Positions 47,642 through 63,179 of a stretch of 64,000 nucleotides of DNA are shown one piece after another. The DNA is from Nemertoderma westbladi. Its lineage: Eukaryota > Animalia > Xenacoelomorpha. The position numbers were made by a program, and so were the translations under genes. Under the pieces are notes generated by a model. The model was given only the letters and a program-made list of their open reading frames with translations, was not told the DNA's origin and made no database searches. How positions within the stretch are numbered: position 1 is the first letter of the stretch; each line of letters opens with the position of its first letter. The stretch lies in NCBI GenBank assembly GCA_032718475.1, contig JAUCBJ010007470.1, positions 1 through 64,000 on the forward strand. Reading direction: 5' to 3'.

Positions 47642-49759
47642 TTATTTTCGAACCCAACAAGAACAAACACACATCCCTCCCTCATGTCATTAAGACTCGT
47701 GCATTCTTCTTCAAACTGTGGTGCGTCATCAGCAAGTTTTCTTCCACCACACGGGTTCTAGAAGCTGTAGATAGACCATCTCAGGCCGCAATAGACCTGC
47801 GATACCTATCTAAGATGCGTCGTCGAGCAGCGGCTCAACTCATATCTAATGTAATGCATCATAAGTTATGCTCATCCGGCTGCTGGCGCCCTACAGAGCC
47901 CTGCACTTGCAAACTATGCTTTCAATCAGCAAGTGACGTGTCACACATAGTTGCCCCGCAGTCAATGCCCAGGTTTTTCGCTCTAGCATCCACCTGGCTA
48001 TTCATTTATACACTATGTAAAATGCTCGTTTACTATTTATACATAGCAATTACTTATTGTGATTCATTAGATTTCTCGTTATTATTGTTATTCATATCAT
48101 TCTGTTGTTATTCATTGCACCGTTGACTCTCCTTTAATCGCTCTCTCCTTAAATTACGTTTTTAACAATGTTATTTTATATCCCACTGATGTCGCCTAAT
48201 TTCACTAATACTATCTTTATTTTATTAAGCAACTTAAGAAAATGTAAATTTATGAGTTAAAATTGTGTAAATTTGTATTGGGTGTATGTAAATTTTACAA
48301 TCCGTTGGATTAATAAAGATTACATTAATAATAATAATAAAGTAATATTTTCGCTTATAATGGCTTCTATCTGTTTTACTGGCCACGGCAGCAGCAGCAC
48401 TACATCAACAGGACAGCACTACGTCGGTACGTCAATATCATGTCTTATGTTAAAATGATACTGTATGTGTTTTATGTCAAAATGATATGTGCTATTTTAT
48501 ATGGCTAGTTAATTAGCCAATATATTAGTTAATTTAATTAACATATTATTTTGTCATTTTTGTTCCGTCACAATCACTCGGGGTTAATAAATATAACTGG
48601 GTGACCCCGACCAGATCATCTATCCGATAGTGCAACAATTAGCCCCCCCCCCCCCCTCCCCTCCCGTGCCAACGCGTTGATGACAGCTGTTATTTGCGTC
48701 TATTTTCCCATGGAGGGGGACGAATTTTGATTGCGTCTAAAGTACCCAAATAAAGTCCCCAAGCAAGAATTATCGTTTATTGCTGAAGGCCATTTATTAT
48801 ATTTAATAAATACACAATGTTCTGGAATATTTTGTTTATGTATGAATAGCTACGCGATAGAGATATTGTATAAGCATACCGCTGTTGCACACCAACTCAT
48901 AAAATAAATAACACGTTCTAGAAATTTGTGTATATATTAAATAGAATAAATTGCCTTCAGCAACGATAATTCTTGCAATCTTTGAACGGCTTTATTTCAG
49001 CTGTTTCTCAACAAAATACATTGTAGTTCCAATCCTTGCAACGAAGCTTTCTAATGATATGAGAAAATGACGGGTATTACGGGTCATGCTATGTAATGGT
49101 TTTATAGCTAAATTGAACTAAACACAAAACATATGGGCGATGTGTTACAGTTTTATGTTATACAAGCGAACAGTATTCTATTTAACAATAATGCCTTTAG
49201 GCGAAATGGATGTTCCTATTTAATTAATTAACAATGATTAATAACTAGAACTACAGGTTGGCATGCGTTGGGCCTCGAAGACATTTTATTAAGAAGATTT
49301 GCACGCATGGTTTGGACCTCGTCCGTCAGCTGGTTCATTTCGGTATCCAACTCCAGTCAGCCAGTTGACGTAGATAGTCGCTTCCAGTTTCCGGAACTGC
49401 TGTTTCTTTCTGTCGCTTCAATTCGATGAAAATAAATAAGCTTATAACGAGGGGAAATACTTGTTAAAAAATATTAAATATCGCAGATTAAATGCGAATC
49501 CTCGTAGTTTCCTACCGACACTTTAGTTGTTACGGCACTTGTGTCAAATAGGGGAGCCTCATAATCTGGTAACCAGATTAGTTAGTGCCCGGGTAGTAAA
49601 GGAGCAGGTTACAGAGGCGAGTTGAAAGGAACCAAAACAATAAACGACAGTTAGGAATATTCTTATCAGATCACCTGCTAAATTTCAGGATTAGCAGATG
49701 ATTAGGATTAGCAGATTAGGAGGGTTCCCTATTACTTACCGGCAATTAGTTATTTCTAC

Positions 49760-50080
49760 TTTAATGGAATTCGTCGCCATACATTCATTCGCGTTTAATA
49801 GACTCCGTCGCCATTGTTCTGGGTTTAATAGTCTCATTTGCATCGTTCCAGGTTTAATAGATTCCATCGCATCGTTCCATGTTTAATGGACTCAGTCGCA
49901 TCCTTCCATGTTTAATGGACTCAGTCGCATCCTTCCATGTTTAATGGACTCAGTCGCATTCTTCCATGTTTAATGGACTCAGTCGCATTCTTCCATGTTT
50001 AATGGACTCAGTCGCATCGTTCCATGTTTAATGGACTCAGTCGCATCGTTCCATGTTTAATGGACTCCGTCGCCTTCTTC
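49760..50080. repeat. 29-bp minisatellite, about 11 copies
   Basis: gtttaatggactcagtcgcatccttccat. Confidence 0.9.
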
Positions 50081-50699
50081 CTGATCAGGGTTTCATAGAT
50101 TCCAATATCCTATAACTGTTAGCGTCAACGTGATTCTCATACTCCGGTCTGGCCCCGTTGCCAAACCCAATTCGTACTGTAATGTTATATTAATATACTG
50201 TACTGTTTGACCGTAGTGCTCCATTGTCAGTAAAACACATACTGTAGAAGCAATTATAAGTGAACATATTACTTTAGGCCTAGCTTAAAACACATACGCG
50301 TATGTGCTATTTCACCTACGCGTATGTGCTATTTCACATACGCGTAGGTGTTTTATAACTTATGCGTATGTAGATTTATAATTAATTTGGCGTACGTACG
50401 CGTATGTAATAACATATACGCCTATATGTTGAAAAGATATACCCCATAGGCAAGCAATAGAACAACTGGAAGGGCTACAGATTGGCGGGGAAGGGGTCAT
50501 TTGAGAAAGATCATTTTAATTAATCTGTATGTTTATTTGGAAAACAGAGATTTCATGACAATTCCTAAAATTTAATTGGCTATCCAACGGCGCAAACGCC
50601 AATTACATAGCTATGTCCAGATGTCAGCACATTAGTTTTCTAGCACTCATCTCCAATATTTTTCGTGCTAAAATTTTTCAAAAGTTTTTAATGTTCTCC

Positions 50700-51500
50700 A
50701 AAATTAATTTCAATTAAATCAAATTAAATCAGGCCATCGAAAACCTTTATTGAGTTTCTTGTTAACATTGCTTTAATAAATTTGAATAATTTCCCCTTGA
50801 TGCCGAATTGATTGTATATTTTCCATAATAAAACAGATCGATTTACAAGGTTAAATGCTTTCTGGAAATAAATGGAAGCAACGTAAATAACCCTTCGATT
50901 TTGCTGCCCATGTAAAACATGTGTAATGTCCGTCAGCAACGATTTGATCGTCATTAATGTAGACTTACCTGGTACAAAACCGAACTGTTCCGGCGGAAAG
51001 AGATGATGGATATTGCACTTCACCCGTTTGTTGATAATCGAAGTTAGAAGTTTTAATAAGACACTGATCAAGGCTATTATACCTCGATAGTTGTTGGGGA
51101 CAGTGGTGCTACCTCTCCCTTTGTAAATGAGTTTGATAGTGCTTATTGCCAATTGCGATGGAACAGAACCAATGTCAAGGCACCCATTGAACAACATAGT
51201 CAGAAGGTAAATTATTTGCGGAAGAGAAATCTTTATATGTTCATAATAAACTCCGTCAGGCCCACAAGCCTTCTTTGACTATGAATTATGGACTGCGTGT
51301 TCAATTTCTTCCTCATTGACAGAGACATTATACCAATCGTCAGTAACACATTCTTCAGCAGTTACAGTAGGAGATGGTGGGGTGTTTGTAGGATTACTCA
51401 CTACACCAAGGAGACTTTCAAAGTAACCATCTATTACTTCGTGGGGGATCGGGCAGGCTGATTATGTTTCGCCTCTTGGATAAGCGTCCATGGTTTGATC
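50700..51500 (-). mobile_element. LINE RT fragment
   Basis: KACGPDGV, IYKGRG, NNYRGI, QFGFVPGKST, FQKAFN. Confidence 0.8.
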
Positions 51501-52139
51501 TCGCAATGTAATATAATGCAATATAACAATCAAGAACTCAAATATAACATAACAATATAACATTCGAGAAAATTTCTTCTAATTTTGAATGCCTTTTCCC
51601 CTCCCTCTGTCAGTTGGACACGTAAAAACAAGTTCCTACTGTACATGCCTAGCAAGTACGATAAATTAACAATAGCCACAAAATTAAACTGATTTAATGA
51701 CCTTATACGTTCTTTTGGATGCTGATCATGACTGCATGAATACATAGTTGCGTTTACGATTTTCTAATACACGCTAGTGGTTTGAAGCCACTTTGTGGTT
51801 TTACGTAGACATAAACATACATATATACATCGTGTTTTTGACGGTCTCAGCTTTATTTAAGGTTAAATTTGTAAATTGACGACTAAAAGCATGAAATTAT
51901 CACAATTTAAAAAAATCTGATCATAAATACCAAAATAATTGACTACTGTACTTTCGTAGTGAAGCAGCCCTGTATAGAGCAACCGGTTGAAATCTAGATC
52001 ACCTTGCAAGCATTGAAACTCAGGACACACAACATCTGTATTGTATGATTAAAAGTTAGGATACATATCATGCCTACCAACATAAAGATGGATATTAGTG
52101 ACTTGTGCTTCCAAAATGAGTTGTGGGGCGAGTCACGTA

Positions 52140-52605
52140 AGTCCCGGTGAGCCTTATCGTAGGGGTATAGTTAGTGGACCCGTCTGTCGTCGTCGTCTTT
52201 CGTCGTCGTAAATTTTTGAACGCTAATAAGACGGCCAATCATTGATGAAATGGAACCAAACTTGGTACACATGTAGTCTATCAAAAGTTTTAGAAGTTGT
52301 ACAAAGATACAGACTACTATATTTCATATGTCTGCCGCTAGGGCGCGAATTGACATAAACGTAAAAGTAGCTGTAATTATAGAACCAACCATCAGATTCA
52401 TCTGAAATGTTTTAGGAGTGACCTACGGGCATTGCCGAATAAAGAAATTCTGCTCACAGATAGATTTTTTCAGTTCCTCTTTCTGTCGCTAGGAGGCGAA
52501 TGAGTAGGTCCACTAATTGTACCTCTACGCAAAGGCTCATCCGGACTTACCTGCTGCGCGAAGTCCCTACTTACGTGCTGCGCGAAGTCCCCACTAACGT
52601 GTTTT
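52140..52605 (+). mobile_element. Non-autonomous Helitron/Helentron-like repeat
   Basis: Inverted homolog of 23760-24165. Confidence 0.55.
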
Positions 52606-53618
52606 TATCGTTTAGTATTTTGAACAACTACGAGTATTTCGTTTGCAGGGCGCAGGGCAAGATTTGGGATCATTCTTAGGAATTCGAAGGTGGCTGGATG
52701 TACAATATCTTTTTATTGGCAAGTGTTACTTTACTTTTGTTCAATAAACTCAAGTGGTGAATTCTTTATGTACATTTGATAATCTTTTGGCAACCAAGTC
52801 ATAATAATTTAAAATTCAATTTAGTGAACGATTACGGGAGGAATGATTATAATTTATAAGTATTGTTTGCAGTAAAATACAACATAAATTTTACCTTTTT
52901 TGCTTGCAATAAGACGCGTTATAGTAGAAATTTAAGAAGCTGCAGATCTTCGATTTTAAGCGATATTCAGTAATACACTGTAGTTAGTCGTTGGGTGCGT
53001 GCATAGTTAGAGGTACACAACCATTTCGAAATATTCTAAAAAAATTTAAAGTATCTCATAGAAATTGAAACAGTTCGAAAGTTATGTTGTAGCCCATAAG
53101 AAATCGTTTGAAATCGTGCACCATTCTCACTACAGCTTCTGTATTATTCATTGATATCGAGATTGTGTATGAATGTGTATGAATGGCAAGAAGTCGGCTG
53201 TGGAACTTTGTTCAATTATTCTTCTAGTACCATGGTTGTATCACTGCCTGGAGCAGCACTGTTGGAGCACAGTACATTAAATGCTGCAGCCTAGCTTAAC
53301 CTATGTTTTCATCCTATACTGGTCGACAAAATGTGAGCAAAGATACGTTGGGAACGCATCAGGGTGAGCAAGCTTTCCAGAGTCCCTGTCTGAACGATAA
53401 ATATGATAGAATCTTCCAATTCATCAGAGTTTAATATTGTCTTGTGTGTATATCATTGCTTCTTTACATTGCTGAACATTTAACATTATCTTAAAACTAC
53501 AGTAACTTTTGGTTAAACAATTACAGTAGGCTCTACATTATCAATTGTAGTGACCACTGAAGGATAATTATTATTATACTATAAACAAATATGAGACTGA
53601 TTTGCTAATAGTATCATA

Positions 53619-56472
53619 ATGGAGATATTTTATGACGGCAAGAAAGGCCGTGGATTGCGCGCAAAAGACCGCGCATATGACAACGGCGATTGCGTATTGG
53701 AGGGCCTACCTATAGCCTGTTCTGTCAAATTCGCCCATCGTTACTCCTATTGTGCGTGTTGCCTAATGGGCCCAGCAGAGTTGATCACTTGCACTGATTG
53801 TAATTTCAGTTCCTATTGCTCCGAAAGATGCCGTTTAAACGACCAATCACATGCGGCAGAATGCGCGGCATTGTCGAAATTTAGATTTGAAGATAAATTG
53901 AGTTGGATCCGTTTGAAATGCGAGAGTCAATTGATTTTCGAAAATTACGTCAACGCAATGCGGTTGGTAGCTAGATTTCTATGGCGTACTCATCATGATT
54001 TCATTCAAAATGATAATTTAACTTCAAATAATTTAAACATTATTGTCGATAGTCTTTGTGAAAATAAACGCGGTGTTGAATCGTTTGCACGTTATATGTG
54101 TGAATTTCTAGAATACGGAGATGTAACTTATTCTAGAAGCATTATAAAGTCTGCTTTGTCTAAATGTTTAACCAATGGGTTTAGTCTTTGTGATTCGTCT
54201 GGTCTCGAATCTATAGCTACTGGAATATACCTCGATGCGTCTTTACTTAATCACTCTTGCAGACCTAACTGCAGGTTTACCAATACCTCGACCACTCTAT
54301 ATGTTACCGCTAATCAGTTGATTACCGCAGGGGAGGAACTTTCTATAAATTACTTGCCGGTCTATAAGCCTCGTCCAATGCGAACATATTTACTAGAGAA
54401 TCGCCTATCGTTGTATTGTCAATGTAGCAGGTAAGTCAACCATAAATATATATATGTGTGTGCAGTGGCGTATTGAACATACGGTGAAGGGGGGGGGGGG
54501 GGGGGGGGGGCAGACACACAAGGCGAGTGATAAATTATTTTAAGTGTTTTTAATGGGCTTTATATTTATTATAATTTTATCAACATCTATTATATTTATT
54601 ATATTATATATATATTAATGTATTTATTTATTTGGAGTGGGAATAGGCGACTTACAAAATACGAGAGTAAGCCTATTACACCATGACCTGTAATATTGTG
54701 TATTTTATTTATGACACAGACCCAAGCCCTCCCTCTCCCACCCTCTCGTTATATTCTAGAGTCTAGACATTTGAAACACAACTAGTTCCACACACCATCG
54801 ATGTTACAGCGGAACCAGAATTTTAGATATTACCTTTAAATTTTAAGATATTCTCTGGGCGGAACACTCATATTTTTTGAGACAGGGGGGGACTGGACGC
54901 AAATCCCATCTTGGCGAATTAATATCCCGCCTCAATTTAGGGAAAGGAGCAGGTTACAGTGGCACGTTATTTTAACCAAAACAATTAAACTACTAAACAA
55001 CTAAACACAATAGAACAGGTTACAGTTTTATTTTTGAGAGAAATTAAAAGTTATTTGCGTCTCATTTCCCTTGGAGAGGGATTAATTTTTATTGCGTCCA
55101 GTCCCCCCCCCCCCCCCCCCCCCCCCCCCATTTGTATTTTTTATATAAAGTATTACACTAAATATATATATTTGCTTAGAAACTAGCTATGATCAGAATA
55201 GAGACCTTCCCAAAACGGCTCTGAATTTATCTACAGTATTGTATATTATTATGATATGAATATGATATTGAGTAACTGTATAATATCAGGCAGGCGACTG
55301 GCCTGAATTTTGGGAATTTTGTTTCATTTTGATTCTCGAAAGTGGGGTGGGTGGGGGGGGGGGGGGGTAGGAGCTTGGCAATAAGCCTCTTTATGTGTGC
55401 GGTGCAACACAACATGTACATCCTGTATGTCCACATTTATTAGTGGTAAGTAGCACTGTACAAAATAAATAGGAATTTAATTCATTTAATTAAATCACTT
55501 AGGTGCGCCTACGACCCAAACGAAGAATTACTCAGTGGCTTCAAATGTCCAGCGTGTAACGCGATATTGGATTGTCCATACAATGGAGAAGTTTGCGAAA
55601 ATTGCGGTACTACTTTAGATTGCATTAAGGGGGGTGAAACAAAAGTTGCCAAACTCAATAAAGCTGTTCACACGGTGTTGCCTCAAATAGAGAAATTAGT
55701 TAATAAATTACTGCGTCCAGAAATGCAAAATCCAAAACCTAACCACCAAACAGTAGACAAGCCAATTCGACCTTCACTGGGTGGTCATGGAGGTGACGAA
55801 AATCGATCTTCTTTGGCTGGTCATGGAGGTGACGAAAATCGATCTTCTTTGGCTGGACATGGAGATGACGAAAATCGTCCTTCTTTGAAGTATCCAGTGA
55901 TTAACTTAATCGGGGAATCAGGCACAGCCACTTCAAAGGAACATCTACTATCGATGATTGATGAGAATAAATTAAAATCAGATAAAATTCCTGACGAATC
56001 CGCTGACGCCTTTTTGCTTGGAGAAGTTGCTTCATCAACTGAGAAGAGAACCGAGATGAAAGGAGCTGAAGTTGCTGCTTTAATTGTCAAAAGATTACTT
56101 CTACAATGTCGTGTGTTATTGTCGCCGTATCACACTCTCTATGTCTGCCTATTGGAAGCGTCTGTGAAGGTAAACGCAGGTAGAGGCAAATGGTTAGCTG
56201 CTGGAATAGACTTGGCTTCGGTACTTCGCTGCTACGAACATATGGAGTTATCCTTGCCAACAGTTTACGTTCCCATAGCAAGCAACATTATGGAAGCATT
56301 AGTTAGTGATTTGGAATCTGTTGATGAGGAAATGCAGAACCTATTTAGAAAAATTATGGAGGGTCATGTGTTCGCTTACAGTCATGGCCATTATGTTCGT
56401 AGAAAACTTGAGAGATCATATAAATCCATATTTTTGAATAAGGTAGTTAGAAACAGTTCTGAAGTTTCTTAG
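53619..56472 (+). CDS. SMYD-family SET-MYND lysine methyltransferase, about 593 aa: exons 53619-54430 and 55503-56472
   Basis: GRGLRA, MYND zinc finger, LLNHSCRPNC, GEELSINY. Post-SET CQCSR|C joins across a GT-AG intron. Confidence 0.9.
54885..55108. mobile_element. Short MITE in the SMYD intron
   Basis: gggggggactggacgcaa...ttgcgtccagtccccccc. Confidence 0.65.
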
Positions 56473-57221
56473 TATCTGGGTGTCTAATTTCTTATTGGAG
56501 GAAGTACGCCTACATCTTATGATGATGGTAGAAATGAACCAGTTATGGGAGCGATTGATTAATCATTATGATATAACATCTGATCGCTAACGTATATTAT
56601 TTATTGATATATGAAATATATCGGATTAGTGTATCCAATGCAGTTCTCACTCTTTTTTTTTAAACGCAGGAACGAACTCCACTAGGCTTTGTCAAAGTAG
56701 AAGCTCGTAATTGTCATACAAAATATCTCTATGGGTATAATATTTCCAATTGGGGTGTCGTTTGAACCAATGAAAGTATTTCTGGGCTTCTATTTGGATG
56801 TTCCATAAATAATCTCAACTCATTGGCTAACACCCTCTCTTAGCCATAAGGGATTTCAGTTGGGCCAACTTTGCCAAATTGGTTGTTGGTTGTGGAAAAG
56901 CGCCTTAAGGTAGACTAGACTAACTGTTCCTTGGATGCGGTAAACTACACGTTTGTGGGGCCTTCGCGCAGCACGAGGCTCAGTTATGAGATACAAATTA
57001 AAATTGTACGATTCTATCACAAAATAGATATTCACGAAATTTAACAAAAGCGTCAATAAATAAAAGAAGAGAGAAATTTCCTCCCGTTCAACCCCCCTTT
57101 TAATCTGTACCACCCCAACCCAAAGGCGCACAGAGGATTAATGAAAGGCAGAGGTATTAACAGGAAATTGGTATTTTAAAAGTAAGAGATTGTAGGCTAC
57201 CCAATTTGTCAGAAATATTAA

Positions 57222-57770
57222 ACTAGAAACGCAAAGCAAGCGTTGCGGTAAGGAGCCCTTTTCACCGAGTTATGAAGACCCTGAAATTAGTACAGGATTT
57301 TTGTATCATTCGGTTTGTTTATACCGTCGATTGGATCAACATTTCGGAGAGCCGGAGTAGAACTATAACCCGACATCTTGTCGGGTTCCTGCACCTATTT
57401 ATTTGTATGTATGTGTGTAGATATGTTCGTGGTTCCACTATAGCACTCCAGCCCATTCGAACGTCACGCAGTGTAAATATATATATATATAAATATATAA
57501 ACGTACGCGTAGCGTCGCACAGCACGAGCTGATGCTTACTCGAGAACGGTAACCCGATTTACGCGACTCGTGTAGCGCGAAGGCCCCACGCAAATTTTCA
57601 AAATATTGGAACTTTTCCTCTGGTACATAGGTCCAAGTAAAATTTGGTTGAAATTGAATAAAGGCTTCAAAAGTTATTAACGATTGAATTTTTTATTACA
57701 GACAGACGGACATGATATTTTGCCCTAATACTAATTGTAATTGTGCACAAGTAGCTTCGCTCACTAATCG
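57222..57770. mobile_element. Helitron-like non-autonomous repeat
   Basis: actag start, acagacagacggac microsatellite, gcgcgaaggccc motif shared with other copies. Confidence 0.45.
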
Positions 57771-59499
57771 TGGCTCGTTCCACAGTATATTAATTTAATT
57801 CAAAGTATGATGTTTCCCATTATTTCCATCTATATTTTGTTATTGGTTTAATTAATACGCATAACCATTCAGTTTGAGATTGACAAAACATTAACTTTGC
57901 TGTCCATTCTTTGAAACGGAAAATTTTGCCAAACTTTGACTCTGATGAAAAGGCAGTCCATGTAGGCCTACTTTAAAATATTTTTCAAATAAAATAATAT
58001 ATTCGATATAAAAACGTTACGGACACTCTTTCACTCACCTTTAAGCAAAATTAAGATATCATGTTCTCGTGTGTTGAGTTTTATGCTTTTTGGCATATGG
58101 GCCCTCGTTTCGCTCGTATTAGAAAGTAATCAACTCGTGCAAAACTCAATAATAGTCGAATATTACTAAACTAAATGACATTGAAAAAGCGCTGTTTTCC
58201 AAATAGTTATTGTTTATCGAAACATATTAATATATACCCGACCTCGTTCGGTAAATCGAGCGTAACGTGGAAGCAGGCAAAGAAATATGAAATTGGATGT
58301 TGAATTTTGCCGATCACATTATTGGAACATCAGTAAAATTTAGCTACATTAAAGAGCATCCTACCTAATATTACAATATTACAAAAAATAAAATGATTTA
58401 CTGTTACTTTATCATTTTAATTTGCCATCAATTATTATTCAATAATCGTTCAATCGTTAAATAAAATAAAATTTAACTTTTCATTGTTAAATGAGTCCGC
58501 CTCCGCGATTTAACAATCACGTTTTCTGTAATTTTTGCCTTTTTGAAGGAACACGTTTCGTCACTGTCTCTTTGATTATACAAACTTTGAGACTGATGAA
58601 ATGCAGTCCGCAAAGGCACTGATCTATTTTGTTTATATATTATTGTAAAACCAAGGAATGTAAGAAATTCCGACTACGGTATCTTTATTGCGGGAAATTT
58701 TCTATAGAATACTATTAGTGCCATCTTACTCTGGTTAACCGCGTCTCGTGCTGTGCGAAGGACCCATTTATAATGTGTTATAGAAGCGAGATGTTTGATC
58801 TGAATTCCAATTGTTAGATCAATTACAATTAATAAATAATTTGTTATGTTGGACAATACCTTTATACCGGTACATTGTTTGGTGTATTTGTTATTGTTTT
58901 TACATAATGTATAAATAAATCTATCTATCTATCTATAATTAAGATATAACCCTGTAACCCAGATATTGCTTTAACTGAGAGCTAAATCATTATGGTAAGG
59001 CAGCATGTAGTAATTATTAGAAGACCGTTATGACTTCTTACTGTGTATTCTCTATCAATATTTATTTATATGTATATCAGGTGAGCTCATCCGAAGCTAT
59101 AGCTCGTCCGTCAATGAAAGTTATACCAATCGACGCAGCTCAACCCCCGGATGTGGAACAATTTTAGAAAAAATTATTAAAGTGCCTTTATTTATTTCGA
59201 GAAATAGCCCCATAATACGAAAATTGCCATAGACTCAATTATAAAATCACCAGCTGGTGCGGAGACGCCCAAACTACAAAGAAGTATTTTACTTGCCAAG
59301 TTTTAGTAAGGTTGTGTTTAGACTCACTCAGACTATCACAGACAGTAATCAAAAATAAAATGTTAGTTTATAATGTGTTACCCCGTCAACTGAATAGCTC
59401 TTCCCAGTGAACCCTATGGGAATATCTATAAAGTTACTCACTGCTATGTTAGGTGGTAGGCCAGCTGATTGAATTGTAAGCACAGGGCCGTCATCTAAT

Positions 59500-61360
59500 G
59501 CGTCAGTTTAATCATCCTCGCTGACTTCAATGCAGATCTAGGCGATCTACAAGGACCCAGAACAAGTCAACATGGATGCTCCGAAAGGGGCCATCTCCTC
59601 AATAACGTTTTACGTACAAACAGCTTAGTGGCAGCTGACACTCATGCACCCTTCCAAGGACCATGTGTAATATTTAAAGGTGCACACGGCGAATCTTACC
59701 TCGATCATATAGTCACCTCCAGTAACTGTCTAAACCAACATATATAAAACCAACGTATAAAACCAACCCAACAGAAAACCCACACAAGAAGGTTCGGCAA
59801 CAGGACGGGACTTATACTAATCAGTCGTGGATGAAGGATTATCAGTACTTCAAAAAGATCTTAATCACCTTCTAGAGTGTAGCTCCCCCAAGTCAGAACT
59901 TGATAATATTTGTGATACCATTCAATCCATTATCATGGCTGCAGCTCTACTCCACATACCCACCTTTAAGGTGAACAAGAAGATAAAGAATATTAGAATA
60001 CGCTCAAAGTTACTTGACCAACGTAGTAAAACAACTAAGGACCTTTACAAAATCTGGTTATCACATGGGAAGGATGACAATCACCCGTCCGGCGAATCTT
60101 ATAAAGAATCTAAGCGATCCACTCGACGCCTCAAAAACTTCCTCAACTAAAACCTTGTTGCGAACACCGCCCGCGGCTGGCGCTCTAAACGAACATTGAA
60201 CCCACAGTATTTCTGGAGCAACATTAATCGAAAAGACATTCAGCCCCTCACCGCGGAAATGCAATCAATTATTCGCAAACACAATGAGGAAAAGTTCAGT
60301 TCAACCACAACAAAAGATGCAGCCAAACTCCAAAACATCAATGACATTCTAGAACAGCAGTGCAGATCATCTACTCCACCAACCATAACCCCCCTCGCAG
60401 TTAAACGGCACGGGCGATATCTTCACTCTCCAAGGCCCCTGACTATGATCTATGACTGTGGAACACCTCCTATTCCTTAATCCTGATCCAATTTCTGACA
60501 CACTTGCCCGACTCATCAACTGCTGTCTCACTCTCAAAGAGGTTCCCTCTGCATTTGGTCATACAGTGATATCAAGTATCTATAAAGGAAAGGGTCGCTC
60601 CACCCTAGAAACTACATCATACAGGCCCGTCTCATCCATCAGCCTACTTGCCAAGGTGCTCGAACACATCCTTCTAGCTGACTATCTAAAAAAGTTGACC
60701 TCACATGGGAACCAAACTGCCTACAAGAGAAAACACAGCACTGACATAGTAGTGGCTACAATACTGGAAACGGTGGAACAATACATATCGAAAGGTTCGC
60801 CAGTATACGTTTGCCAACTTGACATTGAGGCGGCTTTCGATGACGTTGGCCACACTATCTTAGTATAAAAGATGCTGAACAACATTGTTAATACTTACAT
60901 AATTTGCCATATCTCAGCTTACTTTGGATCGAACAAAATCTTCCTCAAATTCGGCATTCTAGTCGACCCAACTCCAATAAAAGTCTCGCGGGGATTGAAA
61001 CAGGGATCACTCATTTCACCTATCCTCTACAATCTTTACACCTCCAACATCATAAGCGGAAAAAAACATAGTAACCTCGGATGCCGAATTGACACATCCT
61101 GGCTTGGTACAGTGGCCTATGCTGACGATTACCTACTCCTGGGAACCTCGCTTAAATCCGTCGAGAAGATGTGCGACATACTCATACAGGAAGCCGCTCA
61201 GGTATCCCTCCAAATCGACATGAAGAAAACAAAATGGACTATCCTAAACCGTAACCATATGACCCACAAGGAATGTTTCATTACAGTCAACGGATCACTA
61301 ATCCAAATGTCGGACCTTCTGAAATTCCTCGGACACAAACTGGGAAAATCTAACCCCGCT
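59500..61360 (+). mobile_element. Degenerate LINE (APE remnant plus RT), frameshifted
   Basis: ILADFNADLG, YRPVS, LDIEAAFD, GLKQGSLISP, YADD, KFLG. Confidence 0.8.
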
Positions 61361-63179
61361 ATGTATGTATGTATTTATAGACCAAAGGAAGAAATAAATA
61401 AACACACATTACCGATTACACAAAATATATAACTATTTAGTCCAGGGAATATAACGCTCTAAGTAGGTAAATTACAATAACACATGAATAATATAAATAG
61501 AAATTGCAAACTCCACGATGTTATCCAGACAATAGACATGTTGTCTCAAGTTTTCCATACCAAAGGATGGACAGCAAGGTGGCTGGATTTTTATTTTATA
61601 GAACGATAGATATGGATGACAGAAAACCGCTGCTAAATTTTTTTCTAAATCTGTCGTGCCGTTTTTGAGATGTAGCATTTTATATAACGCTCCCATGGCC
61701 TACTATATATACACGGCCTAATAAGCTGCATTTTGGGGCCATTCAAAAAGAGACCAGTTTTGTTTACAACAATGTGATATTTTGATTTAATTCTTCAATT
61801 TGACTGAATTGAAGTCTCCTCGTTAAGCAAGATACTAAATTATATGGTAGCTAGTGTTTTAGTTAGGTTTAGCTAGTAATTTCAACACTGGTTCCGACAT
61901 CCTACTTCCTTCTATAAATATTTTGTAGTAGCTAGTTCTTATTACTTTTTGTATAGAAAATGTTCCAGAACATGTTAGCTATTCATTTTTTTTTAAAAAT
62001 ATGTTCTAGAACAAATATTTTTTGTTCTAGAACATTTTTTTGAAAAAAATCTGGATTCTATTTAAAACGTATGGCATCGTTCTAAAACGTGTTTGAATCA
62101 ATAATGACAAACTGGCACCTAATAACAAACATTGTGAACAGTCCCATAATTGTGTGACAAATTTATTGCCCTGTGCGAAAAACAGCAGCATCCCAGAGCT
62201 TCTACTTCACGATAAATTTTTCAGATATGGTGAGTCATTGTGCCTCATTTGGTGTAAATCGATAGAAATACTTGATCTCATTGATTGGTTTTCATAGTCC
62301 GCGGCAATATGATAAAGTAAATTAGTTAATAACTACGATGAATTAGCGAGCAAACTAAAGCTCCAATTCATGAATAAATGTTATTACATTTTATGACAAA
62401 GCCAATCCTTACCATCTGGCTCTGTGGGCAATTAGAGTAGCAAACTAAATCGATTAAAGTAGTATGAAACTCATCTCGGGTGGTGTATACTATATGTATT
62501 GTATGTAAGGTTCATGGCGTATTATATGTATCCATTCATTTATTTAGTTATTAACTTAGGCTTCCTCTACTTAGACACTATGGTCATTGTTATTATTTTG
62601 AATAATTTTGCTAGATTTACAAGAAAAGTACATTTAGAAGTATAACATTAATCTGAATGAGTATTTATTTTGCCGGCCACTGGTACTGTTATCGTTAAAC
62701 TGATCAGCTTTCCCGTGATCTTTTTCTATGACAGCCGGTTGGTGAGTAGAAACTTGGTAGTCTGCCATTGATAAATTAAAGACGATTAATAATATCGCAC
62801 AACAATCAGTGCGTGTTGGGCGACCATAAATTGTTGTTTTTTTTTTTTTTTTATTCTTTATTTTAGTATCCTTAAGGATTATCCTTAAGGGATTAAGAAT
62901 GCCCACTGGGGGAGACTTTGCTCAAAGTCCATTCAAACATTGTCTGTCTGTAACCAACGGTTTATAATCTACAGACATTTCTTACCTATCTATTCTGTAG
63001 TAACAAACTGAATATTATTATAATTAATAAATTTGTACATTATATATAACCAATAAGTACAGTATATTTATATTTATGATTATTTATGGTATTTAAGTTT
63101 CGGCAAGGCGTAGGCCCATTAGTGTGAAAATGTATAAACTTCAATATGACGTTGATTTTATGTGGTTGAAAATGACACC

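Larger units (their letters stand above)
44800..48330 (+). mobile_element. Degenerate LINE (CR1/L2/RTEX-like RT), split by a MITE
   Basis: FVDFSKAFDTV, GVLQGHKLSPLLF, YADD, then KTKVLKFRRGGRL after the insert. Confidence 0.8.

Noticed and set aside
47431-48126. 231-aa repeat-containing ORF
   Set aside because: Minisatellite plus LINE C-terminal remnant.
57940-58620. Two CTGATGA motifs suggesting hammerhead ribozymes
   Set aside because: No stem II followed by GAAA in either copy.
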